Source of the DNA: Eledone cirrhosa
Taxonomy: Eukaryota
DNA length: 64,000 bases
Assembly (NCBI GenBank): GCA_964016885.1
Contig: OZ024741.1
Span: forward strand, 339,822,001-339,886,000
Direction: 5' to 3'
Part shown: positions 37,395 to 51,854 of the stretch, piece by piece
Layout: every line of letters starts with the position of its first letter
How positions within the stretch are numbered: the stretch's first letter is position 1
Position numbers and translations under genes: made by a program
Notes under the pieces: generated by a model
Database searches by the model: none
Told to the model about the DNA's origin: nothing
What the model saw: only the letters and a program-made list of their open reading frames with translations

Positions 37395-37529
37395 CGAAGG
37401 AAGTGAGGTAAGGAACCAGATGGACCATAACGCACCAGACTACTCAATACTTAATGTAGTAGAGTGGGTAATAGGAAAATATTTAACCCCGACGGCAGAG
37501 TTCAATCTGTTTCGACGACTATTTCTGGA
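37392..37529 (-). mobile_element. PLE 3' end (tail + HHR 3' half) running into an assembly gap
   Basis: Matches the reverse complement of 26922-27060; abuts the N run. Confidence 0.8.
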
Positions 37530-37729
37530 NNNNNNNNNNNNNNNNNNNNNNNNNNNNNNNNNNNNNNNNNNNNNNNNNNNNNNNNNNNNNNNNNNNNNNN
37601 NNNNNNNNNNNNNNNNNNNNNNNNNNNNNNNNNNNNNNNNNNNNNNNNNNNNNNNNNNNNNNNNNNNNNNNNNNNNNNNNNNNNNNNNNNNNNNNNNNNN
37701 NNNNNNNNNNNNNNNNNNNNNNNNNNNNN
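37530..37729. other. Assembly gap (200 N)
   Basis: Direct reading. Confidence 1.
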
Positions 37730-38282
37730 CACTTTATGATTAATACTACTGCACCAAATGACCAGCCCTGTCCACTGTCCAGTTGGTCAAGTAGAGATTA
37801 AAATCGGCACTCCCAACATTCTTATTTAGATTTACTCATGATATTCTCATTAAAAACCCATTATATACTTGTTTAGCAGTAAATTATTTTACCATCTGTC
37901 ATATTCTATCCCCTCTGTTCCTTCCTCTTTTACTAATATAAATACTTCAATTTTTCTGATTTTATCCAGTTTATCCAAAATCTCTGAAGAAGTGACAACT
38001 GTTTATACATTTGCTATCGAATACTTGCTAACATTATATGATTACGCAAGCAGTATTCGGTCTGTTACAGAAACATATGTCAATACCTAATAAATTCCTT
38101 TTTTAACAAAAGCACTTTCATTTTATATTCATCCTTTCTATATATATATATATGTATATATATATCATATATATATATAATATATATATATATGTAGTTA
38201 CATATATATATATTATATATAAATATATATATGTATTCATATATCTATATCTATATCATATATATGTATATATATATGTATA

Positions 38283-38336
<54 letters not shown>

Positions 38337-38446
38337 GGAAAATGTTTAACCCCGACGGCAGAACTCAAGCCGTATATATATATACACATACACACACACA
38401 CACACACACACTCGCACGCACACACACACACACACACACGCGCTCG

Positions 38447-38598
<152 letters not shown>

Positions 38599-39006
38599 GA
38601 ACATTTCTCCCATCCCATTTCTCTTGACCATTATCTTTTGCTTGTCATAAAACTCTCTAAAAAGGCTAGAGAATAGATTTCCAAATAAGGGCGCGAAAGT
38701 TTAATGAAAACTTGTTCACGTGACAGCCATAATTTCATTTATAACCAATCAAATTACGTTTATTAAAAAAAAAGCCTTCGTGAGCCCCTTTTTTTTAAGT
38801 AAAAAGAAATTCAAACACTCATATATGAAAAAACAACCTGTGCCCCCCGCCCCCTTGTTTGAAGAACTCTGTAACGCGAACTGGCGCGAATTTTATTATA
38901 ATTATTGACCAACATATCAAATTACTTCTCTAAAAACCTGGCATTTCGAGCCACTTTTTTACATATAAAACAAGTAACATTCAGAGACCAACCAGATGTG
39001 AGAAAA

Positions 39007-39200
39007 ACCAGAGACCCTCCATCTCATCTCTACTTTTGAAAAGCAGAAGAACTGCGAAACCGGTAAAGGAACCAAATAAATATATATATATTGTTTTTAA
39101 ATAAGACTCCAGTTGCATTTTCGATTTCATCTTTTTTTCTTTATATTTTCACTCGTGTAGGACACCTCGGTTATTTTTCATTTTGTAAAAAAAACCTCAC

Positions 39201-39208
<8 letters not shown>
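39007..39208 (+). mobile_element. PLE-type pseudo-LTR end with HHR and tail (fourth family)
   Basis: Second diverged copy on the minus strand at 40964-41166, followed there by an inverted arm (41168-41215). Confidence 0.7.
39033..39068 (+). ncRNA. Minimal type I hammerhead, U3-A8 variant
   Basis: CTT TTGAAAA GCAG-AAGAA-CTGC GAA ACCGGT A AAG; palindromic stem III, GUA triplet. Confidence 0.68.
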
Positions 39209-39282
<74 letters not shown>

Positions 39283-39657
39283 ATATATGTATACTCTGCT
39301 CACCTCACCATCCGTCCATATAACACGCGATCGCAAACATGTATATATATGTGTGTACATGCATATGTGCATGTGTGTGTTTACATGTATGTATGTGTGC
39401 GCGTGCATCTATATGTGCATTTGTATTTATAAGTGTATGTATGTGTATTTCGACTATTTCACCACTCTCCAACAATTATACTAATGAAAACAATGGTCGA
39501 CAACAGCTGTAGCTGCTGCTGCTGCTTCTTCTTCTTCTTCTTCTTCTTCTTCTTCTTCTTCTTCTTCATCTTCTTCTTCTTCTTCTTCTTCTTCTTCTTC
39601 TTCTTCTTCTTCTTCTTCTTCTTCTTCTTCTTTCTCCTTCATCACCATCATCATAAA

Positions 39658-39688
<31 letters not shown>

Positions 39689-40153
39689 TTCTTCTTCTTC
39701 TTCTTCTTCTTCTTCTTCTTCTTCTTCTTCTTCTTCTTCTTCTTCTTCTTCTTCTTCTTCTTCTTCTCCGCCTTCTCCCTCCTCTCTATAACACCGACTA
39801 GTCTCCTTTGAAGTCTTATACAAGCCGCCTCTACTACAAACAACACCGACAAGGTGCAGGAATTCGCTTTCACCCAGTTTGCCTTAGAAACTCTATTCAC
39901 GATATACAATTGCACAGAAATTTCACGATTAGATAATAAAATCTATTCATTGCAACAATCTTTGTCCTGCCTCCCTCCCTCCCTACATCCACCCCTCCTA
40001 CCTTTACCCCGCTTCTTTGCTCTCTCCCCTCCCACCTCAACTTCTACCTCTATTACTCTCTATCTTTGCATATATGTTCTTTTCTGTAGGTTGAAGCCGA
40101 GGCGACGGTTTGATGTCATTGTTGTTACATTATATGTTTCTTTATATATATGA

Positions 40154-40203
<50 letters not shown>

Positions 40204-40313
40204 TTATATATATACGTATATATATATGTATGTATGTATATATATATAATATATATTTATATATATTTATATATATACGTATATATCTATATATATGTAT
40301 ATATTTGTATATA

Positions 40314-40388
<75 letters not shown>

Positions 40389-40548
40389 GTATGTATAGAT
40401 ATATGCATATATATATTACATATATATAAATATATATATACATATATACGTAGATACACACACTCAAACATACATTACTTTTATATATATATATATAACA
40501 TATATATATGTATTTATATATATATATATAAATATATATATACATATA

Positions 40549-40671
<123 letters not shown>

Positions 40672-40819
40672 TTGTGTATTTTGGCGCAGAAGGGCGGTGA
40701 TGTTTAGTGCAGAATGTAAGTATAGAAATGCTTTATATCATAGAAGAGAACTTTGGCATTTGTTTTATCTCTCTGTGCGTATATTTGTATGTATGTATAT
40801 AAAAATGTGCGTATCAATC

Positions 40820-40865
<46 letters not shown>

Positions 40866-40877
40866 CACGTTACCAAC

Positions 40878-40943
<66 letters not shown>

Positions 40944-41102
40944 CTATATATATATAATATATATTAGAAAGTGAGGTTTTTTTTTACAAAATGAAAAATA
41001 ACCGAGGTGTCCTACACGAGTGGAAGTATAAAGAAAAAGAGATGAAATCGAAAATGCAACTGAAGTCTTATTTTTTTTAAAAATATATATATTTATTTGG
41101 TT

Positions 41103-41140
41103 CCTTTACCGGTTTCGCAGTTCTTCTGCTTTTCAAAAGG
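41103..41140 (-). ncRNA. Minimal type I hammerhead, U3-A8 variant
   Basis: CCTT TTGAAAA GCAG-AAGAA-CTGC GAA ACCGGT A AAGG. Confidence 0.72.
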
Positions 41141-41379
41141 TGAGTTGAGATGGAGGGTCTGTGGTTTAGCAGAAGAACTGCGAAACCGGTAAAGGAACCA
41201 AATAAATATATATATTTTTTTTATATATATATATATATATATGCGTGTTGGTAACGTGTAATCCAGCGCAACTAAACTAGCAATCCCTCAAGCCTGTTTA
41301 TTGAGAAAATTGGCTTTTCGGTCAAACTGCAGGATGGAAGACTGCCTGTCAAATAAACTAAGTTAAGTCATCGTTCGTG

Positions 41380-42005
41380 GCATACTCTACATATATATTG
41401 CTTGTACATGCGTAATTCTCTGTATATATATACAGTCCGCGTCTATATTATAGCATGTACATGTGTAATTCTATGTGTATTTACACTTCCAATCTATGTT
41501 AAAGCATCTACATATATATTTCTGTGTATTTAGAGTCCAGAATTATAGTATTACATGTACATGTGTAATGCTTTGAGCATTTATAGCCAAGATATATATT
41601 AATACCTGCACATATGTAATTCTGTGTATTTACAGTCCAGATATATAGTAATGCATGTACGTATGTAAACAGTCCAGATATATCGTATTGCTTTTACATG
41701 TATTATTCTCTATGTATTTACCGTCCAACTATATAGTATACATGTACACGTGTAATACTGTGTATTTACAGTCCAAATATATATAGTATTGCATGTAGAT
41801 GTATAATTCTATGTATTGGGTCGTCAAGTATGAAATTTGTAGAAATTTGTAGAAGAAAAAAAACTTCTACAAATTTCATACTTGACAACCCAATATTTAC
41901 ACTCCAACTATATAGTATTGCATGTACATATGTAATTCTCTGTGTATTTACAGTCCACATCTAAATTATAGCATCTACATATGTAATTTTATGGGTATTT
42001 ACAGT
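41380..42005. repeat. Degenerate ~50-bp minisatellite
   Basis: Repeated TTGCATGTACATGTGTAATTCTCTGTGTATTTACAGTCCA-type units. Confidence 0.8.
41816..41893. mobile_element. 78-bp mariner-type MITE with TA target duplication
   Basis: TIRs TTGGGTCGTCAAGTATGAAATTTGTAGAA / TTCTACAAATTTCATACTTGACAACCCAA; TA on both sides interrupts a minisatellite unit. Confidence 0.8.
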
Positions 42006-42808
42006 TCAAATCCGTCGTAAGTCAAATATTTCAGCAAAAGCACAATAATTAGTAAAGAGAGCCAAAACTTTTGACAAGAATCTAGAAATATGCGATCAAA
42101 TTTCAAAGCTTAAGAATCTTAGCCAGATCTGTCAACATTTAAAATGTAAGAAGCACTGAATTAATAAACAATGACTTTATTTCCTTCGATCGAGTCATTT
42201 TACACTAAACTATGATGTTATTAAGAACAGGTCGTGTATAATCATGTCAATGTTCTTGTGGAAACTATCCAGAAAATTTACAGCATTATTTGTTCCATTG
42301 AAAACACTAGCAGCCTAAGAAGGAAGACATTTTGAAACTGGTCTTTAAAAATCTATCAAAATGGGAGGTGCAATATATTGTCAAGACTCTACCAAATGTA
42401 ATCAAGATGTTCCCATATATGGAGTCTACGTAAAGATTCACCAAGAGAAACATTTAACTGCGTTGCAGCTGCTCTTGGTTTCATTTACCAAACTTCAGTC
42501 ACGAGACATTGTTCAACGTGAAGATATCATTGAAGATGCTTAACCAAGGTGTTGCGCAGTGGGATTGAATCAGGAACTATGAAGTTGCGAAGCGAATACC
42601 TTTATCATTCAGCCGTGCCTTATCCTCTAAATAATCATTTAAATTTTTATTAATTGTAGCTGTGTTATTGTTTGTTCAGGGTTAGAAAATATGTCGGAAA
42701 GATTATGTGAGCCAGAATGGGGTCAAATGGTATGAACTAACCAGCAGAGAACGCTCTAATTAAAAGGATTTGCTGTCCAACTACGACTAATAACCATTAT
42801 TACTGATT

Positions 42809-43210
42809 GGCGGTGGATTGGCAGCATAGAGTTACGGCTCTTTATGATCTGAGCTCAAATCCCGCCGAGGTTAACTTTGCCTTTCATCCTTATGGGGTCG
42901 ATAAAATAAAGAACCAGTCACGCACTGGGGTCGATTTAATCGACTTTCCCCTCCCCCCAAATTACTGGCCTTGTGCCTATATAAGAAACCATTATTATTA
43001 TTATTATTAGGGCGGTGAATTGGCAGTATTGGTAGAGGGTCAGACATGCTTTCCAGCGTAGTTAAGTCCCTTTACGATCTGAGTTCAAATCCGCCGAGGT
43101 TAACTTTGCCTTTCATCCTTATGGGGTCGATATAATAAAGTACCAGTAATGTACTGGGTATTTGCTGGCCTTGTGCCAAATGTAGAAACAATTATTATTA
43201 TTATTATTAG
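42809..43210 (+). mobile_element. Two tandem tRNA-derived SINEs (family A) with (ATT)n tails
   Basis: A box GGCGGTG.ATTGGCAG, B box GAGTTCAAATCC, body GAGGTTAACTTTGCCTTTCATCCTT..GGGGTCGATAAA, 3' CTGGCCTTGTGCC. Further copies at about 21535-21680, 44640-44750, 47250-47365, 47870-48005, 48825-49250 and 54100-54260. Confidence 0.8.
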
Positions 43211-43610
43211 TAGTGGTGGTGGTAGTGGTAGTAGTAGTTGTGGTGGTAGTAATAGTAGTAGTAGTGTTTCATTCTATTTGTTACTGTTGCTATTAATGTT
43301 TTAGATAGTGTTCCCATTGCTGCTGGTGCTGGAGATAGTGGTTATGATAATGGTGATGATGGTCATTTTGATGGAGGTTGGGAGGATAATGGTGATGGAG
43401 GTGGTGGTGATGGAGGTGGTGGTGATGGAGGTGGTAGTGATGGTGATAGAGGTGGGGATATTGGTGGTGATATTGATGGAGGTAGTGCTCGTGGTGGTGG
43501 TGGTGATGTTTCCGCCACCGGATAATTCGATAGATTTATCTTGCTGCTTCTCCTGCTGCTGCTGCTGCTGCTGCTCCTCCTCCTCCTCCTCCTCCTCCTC
43601 CTCACACTAT

Positions 43611-43668
<58 letters not shown>

Positions 43669-43774
43669 GTCAACTTCTCATCTTCTCTGCAATCGATGAG
43701 ACTGACCAAAATTCATTCAGCTGAATTCCTCGTTAATTATAGGGTTAAATAGTCTTAATTATCCCCTCATCCTG

Positions 43775-43790
43775 ACACTAGGGGGCGCTC
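43775..43790 (+). promoter_or_regulatory. Candidate CTCF binding site
   Basis: ACACTAGGGGGCGCTC closely matches the CCASYAGRKGGCRS consensus, within a non-repetitive island between microsatellites. Confidence 0.4.
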
Positions 43791-44772
43791 GAGATTTGGA
43801 AAGATGTGGCTGGTTCACGGTGTTTGGTAGTGGTAGTTGTGGTGTTGTTGTTGGTGACGGTAGTGATAGTGGTGAACGTCATAGGGTGGGGTTGGTATGA
43901 TGAATTGGGGGGTTGTTAGTGATGGTTGTGGGACTGGATGGGGTAGCGTTAGCATAGGAATAGTGACGTGTGTGTGTTGGGAATGGCCTTGGTGGTAGTG
44001 GCAGTGGTCGATAGAAGAGGAAGGGGAGCAAGGTAGAAAGAAAGGATAGTAGGAAGGAAGAGAAGATTGTCATCAGTCATTCAATTATCTCCCTTCCATG
44101 TTTTCGTTGACCTAATTTAAACGGTGTTATTAAAATTGAACTGACACCCGCCCTAAGGTGGCTGGGGCGTGGTATGTTTGTTGTTGTTATTGTTAGAGGT
44201 AGTGCTGGTGGTGGTGGTGGTGGTGGTGGTGGTGGTGGTGGTGAAGGTGGTGGTGGTGGTGGTGGTGGTGGTGGCGGTGGTGGTGGTGATGGTGATGGTG
44301 GTGATGGTGGTGGTGGTGGTGGTGGTGTTGGGGGGTGGGGGGGGGGGGGGGGGGGGGTGATGTTGATGGTGGTGATGGTGATGGTGGTGGTGGTGGTGAT
44401 TGGGGGAATGGTATTGTTGATATTGATTACTGAAATAAGGCGTGTAATTGTGGAGGTAGTGGCGATATTGGTGATGTTTTCAGTGGTGGTGGTGGTGGTG
44501 GTGGTAGTGGTGGTGGTGGTGGTGGTGGTTGTACGGTTGTTGCTATATATTGCTATTGTTTCTTTTGCTGGATCATGGTTTAAACAGGAGTAATGGCGCA
44601 TTTTACACTTTTGCATATATTTCCATAGTTATTCTCTTGGGGGAGGCGAAATGGCAGAGTTGTTACAGTGTCGGATTAAAAAGCCACGTTATTTGTTCCG
44701 GCTCAATGCGCTCCGAATTAAAATCCCTTCGAGGTCAATAAATAAAGTGCGGTCGATTTTTTCCTCTATCCA

Positions 44773-44840
<68 letters not shown>

Positions 44841-44901
44841 CTATTTCTCTCTTTCTCTCTTTCTCTGTCTCTCTTTCTCTCTCGCTCTTTCTCTCTCTCT
44901 C

Positions 44902-44942
<41 letters not shown>

Positions 44943-45749
44943 ATATATATATATATATGAAATCTGCTATGTTCAGACTGGTAGTGGAATACGCTCCACC
45001 ACGTTTAGAATGCGTAATAGACGCTTTGTGTCGGTTTAACACCCCTCGGATTCATTCATTCAGTTATTATCTTCGTATCAACCAGCTTCCGGTGTCTGTG
45101 TGTCATCCATTTTTAAATTTGACATACCTTCAAGATGATTATATGTAGGATTATGCCTCATATATTTTTTATTATTATTTTACAAGGTTTTACATGCGGT
45201 ATCCTAGAACCTTGAACCACTTCTCTGTAATCGAGACAGAGTTGGCCGCCCGCTCTTTCAGCGTCTTTATACACCAGGATAACGCCTTTGCAATTCTGTC
45301 AAGGAGACAAAACCCACCTGAAATTTTCCCCTTTCGAGACACAAATCGATAAAACTAAAATCGTGGTAACTTTTTATTCGTTGATAGAGCACTATTGCCA
45401 AAGCCCTAGAGAAAAGCCCAACATCCTAAAGCTCTATTGTCGTTAAAGTACATCCATTTCAATGTGTTCATGTATTAGTATAACAACCCCATCGCACATC
45501 GCCATCAAGAAAACTCTACAGTGATTCCAAAGTACATTTAGAAATCGAGAGACTATCAACAGTGTTATATGCCTCGGGAAGAAAAAATATTATTAGGTGG
45601 AACAAGATCATTTTCTGACCACGATAGACGAGGTGACTTCTTAAAACACTTGAGGGTGTCTCTGGGGTATTTTTAGCATAATAAGAAACCATTGAAATTA
45701 TAACAATAATCACGACAATCATCATTTTCATTATCATCACTGCTATAAT

Positions 45750-46110
45750 AATTGTTTCTTCTTTTTGGCACAAGGCCAGTAATTATATCAATGCATTACT
45801 GGTACTTTATTTTATCGACCCCGTAAGGATGAAAGGCAAAGTTAACCTCGGCGGAATTTGAACTCAGACCGTAATGGACACTAACTCTATACTACAAAGC
45901 ATGGCGTCCGGCCCTCTAATAATTGTTTCTACATTTGGCACAAAGCCAGCAATTATCATAGTGTATTACTGGTACTTTATTTTATCGACCCCGTAAGGAT
46001 TAAAGGCAAAATTAACCGTGGCGGGATTTGAACTCAGACCATAAAGGGCCGTAACTCATTGCTGTCAAGCATGGCGTCCGACCTTCTACCGATACTGCCA
46101 ATCCACCGTC
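45750..46110 (-). mobile_element. Two tandem SINEs (family A)
   Basis: Reverse complement of the 42809-43210 family. Confidence 0.75.
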
Positions 46111-46448
46111 GTTTGAAACATAGGAACAAGACCAGCAATTTGGCGGGGATCGAAAAGTCGTTTATGATGATCCAGTATTTTCTGGAACCCCGGGAGGATG
46201 ACCGGTTAAAAACCTATGAATTTAAATAGCAAGAAAAGTAATAAATACTTTGTTAATGTCATTCACAATATCAAGGACTTTAGAGGTGATGAGATCACTG
46301 ACAAATGATCCCTGAATTTTTCGTCAGTGTTGTTGATTTTGTGCACATACACACACACACTAAAAACCCCCATATATATATATTTTGTTGATGTTATTGA
46401 TATTGTGAACGCACATACACCCCCCTATATATATATATATATATATAT

Positions 46449-46633
46449 CCAGAGTTGACACTACACTCAGTGCTCCTGTGGGAGCCCCTGCATGGACACA
46501 CTGGAAGAGGAAGACCGAGGTTGACATATGTTGGTGCCCTAAGGACAGATACTGGTCTCTTGGAGACATAGGACATGGCAGCGATGATGAGGGACAGAGA
46601 CCGCGGGAGAGAACTCGTCCATGGATCTCGGTA

Positions 46634-46640
<7 letters not shown>
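46449..46640 (+). mobile_element. 3' end of RTE-like LINE in (TA)n
   Basis: Translates LLWEPLHGHTGRGRPRLTYVGALRTDTG...MMRDRDRGRELV, an RTE-type ORF2 C-terminus. Confidence 0.7.
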
Positions 46641-46688
<48 letters not shown>

Positions 46689-47364
46689 ATATATTCATGC
46701 TGCATTCATACATGCTTGTATCGTTTGACCTTTTCTCTTATGCTTTGGTCATTTTATTTATTATTTTTGTGTTTTTCATTCGAGATTTTGCTGTTGTTTA
46801 TGAGGGGAGGGGGTGGCTAGGCTTTATGGGCTTCTTTATTCTTTGTTTTGTGGGTTTTGTTACTAAATAAGGCGGTGAGGGATGGGCTAATGTGTTTCAT
46901 GTTTGTGTGTATGTTAGTGTGCGTGTGTGTATGAGTGTGTCAATGTTAACGTCTGTCTGTAAATGCGTATGTGCTTGTACATGTGCGTATGCATGTATAC
47001 AGGCATGAGTTTGTATGTGTGTGGGGGTGTACTTGTGAATGAGTCTGTATGTGTGTGTTCCTGTGTGCGTGTTTTCAATATTTTCATTAAAATAATTATC
47101 ACATAAATTGCTGCTCTCTAGAGGCGTGAATAATTTAATGCAATCTAAAAACATAAATTAAGAAAATCACCCAAGGGACAGAATTAATGGTGGTGATGGT
47201 GGCGGAGTTGGCGATGCTGGTGATGTTGGTGTTGGCATTGGTGTTATTAATTTGTCGGGAAAGGAAAGCCGATTGTATCAACACCAATGCATGACTGGTA
47301 CTTTATTTTATCGACCCCCTGACGGATGAATGGCAAAGATATCACTAGTGAGATTTGAACTCAG

Positions 47365-47420
<56 letters not shown>

Positions 47421-47422
<2 letters not shown>

Positions 47423-47550
47423 TTTCATTTATTGGCCACAAGGGCTGACATGTAGGGGACAATACAAAGACAGGGACAGTGGGGTTTACAATAAGGTCGA
47501 GTAAAAGTGCACAATGGCAAGACTAATTTAACAATGAAGATATACAAATA
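47421..47550 (-). mobile_element. Short Tx1-type 3' end inside (AAT)n
   Basis: (AAT)n-GATTTCATTTATTGGCCACAAGGG parallels (AAT)n-GATTTCTTTATTAACCACAAGGG at 6369; (AAT)n resumes at about 47555. Confidence 0.65.
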
Positions 47551-48135
47551 TAAAATAATAATAATAATAATTGTTTCTACTTTTGGCAGAAGGCCAGCAA
47601 TTTTCCCAGTGCGTGGCTTAGGGGTTAGAGAATTGGATTCGCAATCGTGTGGTTGTGATTTCCATTCCCGGACCGGGTGATGCGTTATGTCCTTGAGCAA
47701 AACACTTTATTTCACGTTGCCCCTTCTATATGAAGTTGAGATCGACATATAGTATTAGCAATTGGAAAGAACAATGGAAACATTGTTTCCTCGGTCCGAT
47801 TTGATTAGCTCTACCCCACTCGTTAAGTGAATGAGGTCTGGGATCATGTCGATCGACACTAGATTATAGGTGATTTATTTTATCGACCCCGTAAGGATGA
47901 AAGGCAAAGCTAACTTTGGCAGGATTTGAACGCAGAACATAAAGGGCCTTGACTCTATGCCGCTAAGTATTTGTCCGATGCTCTACCGATTCTGCCAATC
48001 CACCAATTATTAAATAAATAAATATTTTGTCAACGTCAAACATAATATAAAGACGTTGGAGATAATGATGATATTATTAACAATAATTATTACCATCATC
48101 ACTACCATCATCATCATCATTATCATCATCACCAT

Positions 48136-48166
<31 letters not shown>

Positions 48167-48340
48167 AGCAGTGCAAAAATATTGATGTTTTAATCTGATA
48201 AAAGAGCAAAATTAAAGAATAAATAAACAAAAACTATCATTATTAAAACAAAATAACAAACAAACAAATTAGGGGTACAAATAATTAACATCGATTATTG
48301 CCACCATCACTATCAGCAGTGGAAGCACCATCATCATCAG

Positions 48341-48389
<49 letters not shown>

Positions 48390-48521
48390 ATCATCATCAT
48401 CATCAATGTCATCACCATCATCACCATCATCATCATCATCGTCATCATTACTATCACCATCATCACTCTCATCAACGGCAGCACCACCATCATCATCATC
48501 AGCATCAGCAACAGCAGCATC

Positions 48522-48553
<32 letters not shown>

Positions 48554-50279
48554 CATCGTCGTCGTTGTCGTCGTCATCATCACCATCATCATCGCCTACG
48601 CCAACACCACCATCATCAATCTTATCATCATCACCATCGTCATCATTACCATCATTATCTTCATTACACTCACTATCCAAGTCAACAATATCAACATCAA
48701 CAACAACATCAACATCAACAACAATATCCACCCAGAATATCTGCAACAACAACAGCAGCAAGAGCACCAGTAGTAACGGCAGTAACGGTAGTAGTAGTGG
48801 CAGTAGTAGCAGTAAAAGCAATAATAATTGTTTCTACTTTTGGCACAAGGCCAGCAATTATAACAGTGTATTACTGGTACTTTATGTTATTGACCCCGTA
48901 AGGATGAAAGGCAAAATAATAATAGCTTCTAATGTTGACACAAGTCCAAAAGTTTTAGGGTGAAGTCAATATCGTTTATCCTGTCCCCAGTGCATTACTG
49001 GTACTTGAGTTTATCGACCCTGGAAAGATAAAAGGCAAAACTGACATGTGTGGAATTTGAACTCAGGACGTAAAGAAACGGGACAAAATTGCCGAAACCA
49101 GTACTGGACTGGTATCTATTTTATTTTATCGACCTTGAAAGGTAAAGTTGACCTCAGCAGAATTTGAACTCAGATCACGAAGAGTAGATACGAATACCCC
49201 AAAGCAGTCAAACCGACATTATAGCCACTCAGCCAATTCTGCTCCATGGCAGCGACGATAATAATAGCAATAGTAGTGACAAATATATACATTAACAAAC
49301 ATTAGCCAAAATATTCATCTGATCAGAACAAATCAATGTGGTTTGTCGATTGGTTATTGAATCGAGTTTGAAGTTCATCGATTATAAGTAACTTCCTGTT
49401 TTTGAAGCCGTACAGGAAATAACTCCCTCTTTTGCTACAGAGACACAAAAGTTATGAGGTGTGGAATCCACTCACGCTGCCTATTTAAAATATCTAATCT
49501 ATTATTATAAATACCAATCACACTTTCCGACATTATTCGTCGTCCTATCTTTATTTTTCTCTTCTCTTCCTCCAATATAAAAGTTGTTCACTCGTTCGAT
49601 TAAATATGTCTTCCTCCATAGCTTCACTTAACACAATAATGGCGGCAGCAATGGTCAAACGGTTAAGGAATTCGCTTTGCAATCATTAGATCCCCGGTTC
49701 GATTCTGTTGCCTGGCTTCTTATGCAATTGTAGGCTACCATAGCTTCGGTTCAACTGAAGCCTTCTGAGTGAATTTGAGTAATCGGAAACTGTTTGGAGG
49801 GCTTGTCAAGTGAATTATACCTGTAATTCAACAAGTCAGTTTTGTTTATACAGTGTCATGCTGAATTTCCTTAACAATCATGTGGAATGATCATAAACTT
49901 GGACGCTAATTTCACGGAGGGGCTGTTCCATTGTTCGAGCAGCTGAAACACTCAACATCGAAACCGACGGAGGTCAACTCCATTCCATACACAAGAGTTC
50001 GTGTAAACATAGAAACAATAGTTTACAAATGTCTCGTACATTTCACATACGTTTGCAAGCGCATATACAGATGATTGGATGGACAAATGAATTAGGTAGC
50101 AGAGGGTCGATGATTAGTTCTATGCTGTGCCATTGGCATGTCGATTTGGATAGAAAAAAGTATAAGTTAGTACATAACCAGACGCGAGGTTCATTGGTTG
50201 GATATATGTTGCGTCATTAGCATACGTTTCTGGAAGGGCAAACATGTATGGTAACAAACACAAAGACGAGTATTTAAAG

Positions 50280-50553
50280 CAGGCATGCGCAACCTTTTTC
50301 GAGAAGCGGGCCGCATGAGATATGGCTCATCACCAGGCGGGCCGCAGGTGCTAATTTACATTCGTGCCCACATTAAAAAGGGGGCGGTAACTCAGGTTGT
50401 TTTGATTTGTTTCTTCAGAATTCGTACATGTAAAAATGATAGAAAGATAAATTACGACTGAAAAGTTGGGGTAAAAAAATCAGAAAGATTTCACTTAGGT
50501 GACTTAGGCGAGCCATTGAGAAAGCTTCGTAGACCGCAGGTTGCCCATGACTG
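50280..50553. mobile_element. hAT-type MITE
   Basis: TIRs CAGGCATGCGCAACCT / AGGTTGCCCATGACTG; perfect 8-bp TSD ATTTAAAG at 50272-50279 and 50554-50561. Confidence 0.85.
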
Positions 50554-51049
50554 ATTTAAAGTTTAGTGTGTTTTTCACAGGAGTTGTATTGTGAATAGAT
50601 GAAGATACAGGTAAGCGGACAACAATCAGACTCGGGGGGAGGGGCAGTTATTACAACTTTTGTTTCTGTTTCAGGGCTTCCGAGAGTATGGAGAGGAAGG
50701 TAGGACGTTATCTGCAAAATGAATACCAACAGCAACAACTACAGCAACACATTTTCAGTAGTGGTAGAAGGAGGGCATTTAGCCAATCAACACACAACAT
50801 TTATTTTGTAAAACTGAAGAAACAGCTCAAGTATTGAATCAATGAATTCGATGTATGATGATTGACGTCATGGTAACTTGCTAAGCAATAGTAAGGTAGA
50901 AGAACTGGGAGGGGAAGGAGGAGGTCCCAAAACATTATAGAATTCCATTATATTATTGGTACAGGAGGTATTCAGTATGTGTGTTTCGTTGGGGAGGGGA
51001 GTAAGATGAGAGGGGCGTTATATACATACGACTATACATAAGAACAACC

Positions 51050-51097
<48 letters not shown>

Positions 51098-51292
51098 GGT
51101 TCTATTGTAGTACTGGTTTATACAATAGAAATTAGAACAGCCATACAACAATTAGAACAGCCATACAACAATTTTCTGTGAAACAATTGTATTAAGAAAT
51201 GTAGAAATGTAAACACAGACACACACACACTCATACATACATATTATTTATATAAATATAAAATACATATATATATATATAAATATATATAA

Positions 51293-51430
<138 letters not shown>

Positions 51431-51469
51431 GTATATATATATATACTGTATATATATATAGTAATAATA

Positions 51470-51675
51470 ATAAATGCTAAGACTAAAATCCAATGAGAGC
51501 TCGATAAGGATAAATATATATCAAATATATAAGAACCTAGAGCAAGTATTTATTAAAATAACAGATTAAAGTTTAAGCAAAGAATGGCTGCTTTCCCTCT
51601 TAACGGGATCTTCAGAAAATCCCGTTAAGGGTGAAAGCAGTGATTCTTTGTTTAAACTTTAATCTGTTATTTTAA

Positions 51676-51723
<48 letters not shown>

Positions 51724-51761
51724 TTAAAATAGCAGATTAAAGTTTAAACAAAGAAACGCTG

Positions 51762-51766
<5 letters not shown>
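51470..51766 (-). mobile_element. PLE-type footprint with palindrome and partial HHR-like motif
   Basis: Inverted arms 51555-51675; minus strand CTGAAGA TCCCGTTAAG.GG GAAA; tail similar to 37250-37357; an extra foldback arm at 51720-51766. Confidence 0.5.
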
Positions 51767-51843
<77 letters not shown>

Positions 51844-51854
51844 AATGATATAAA

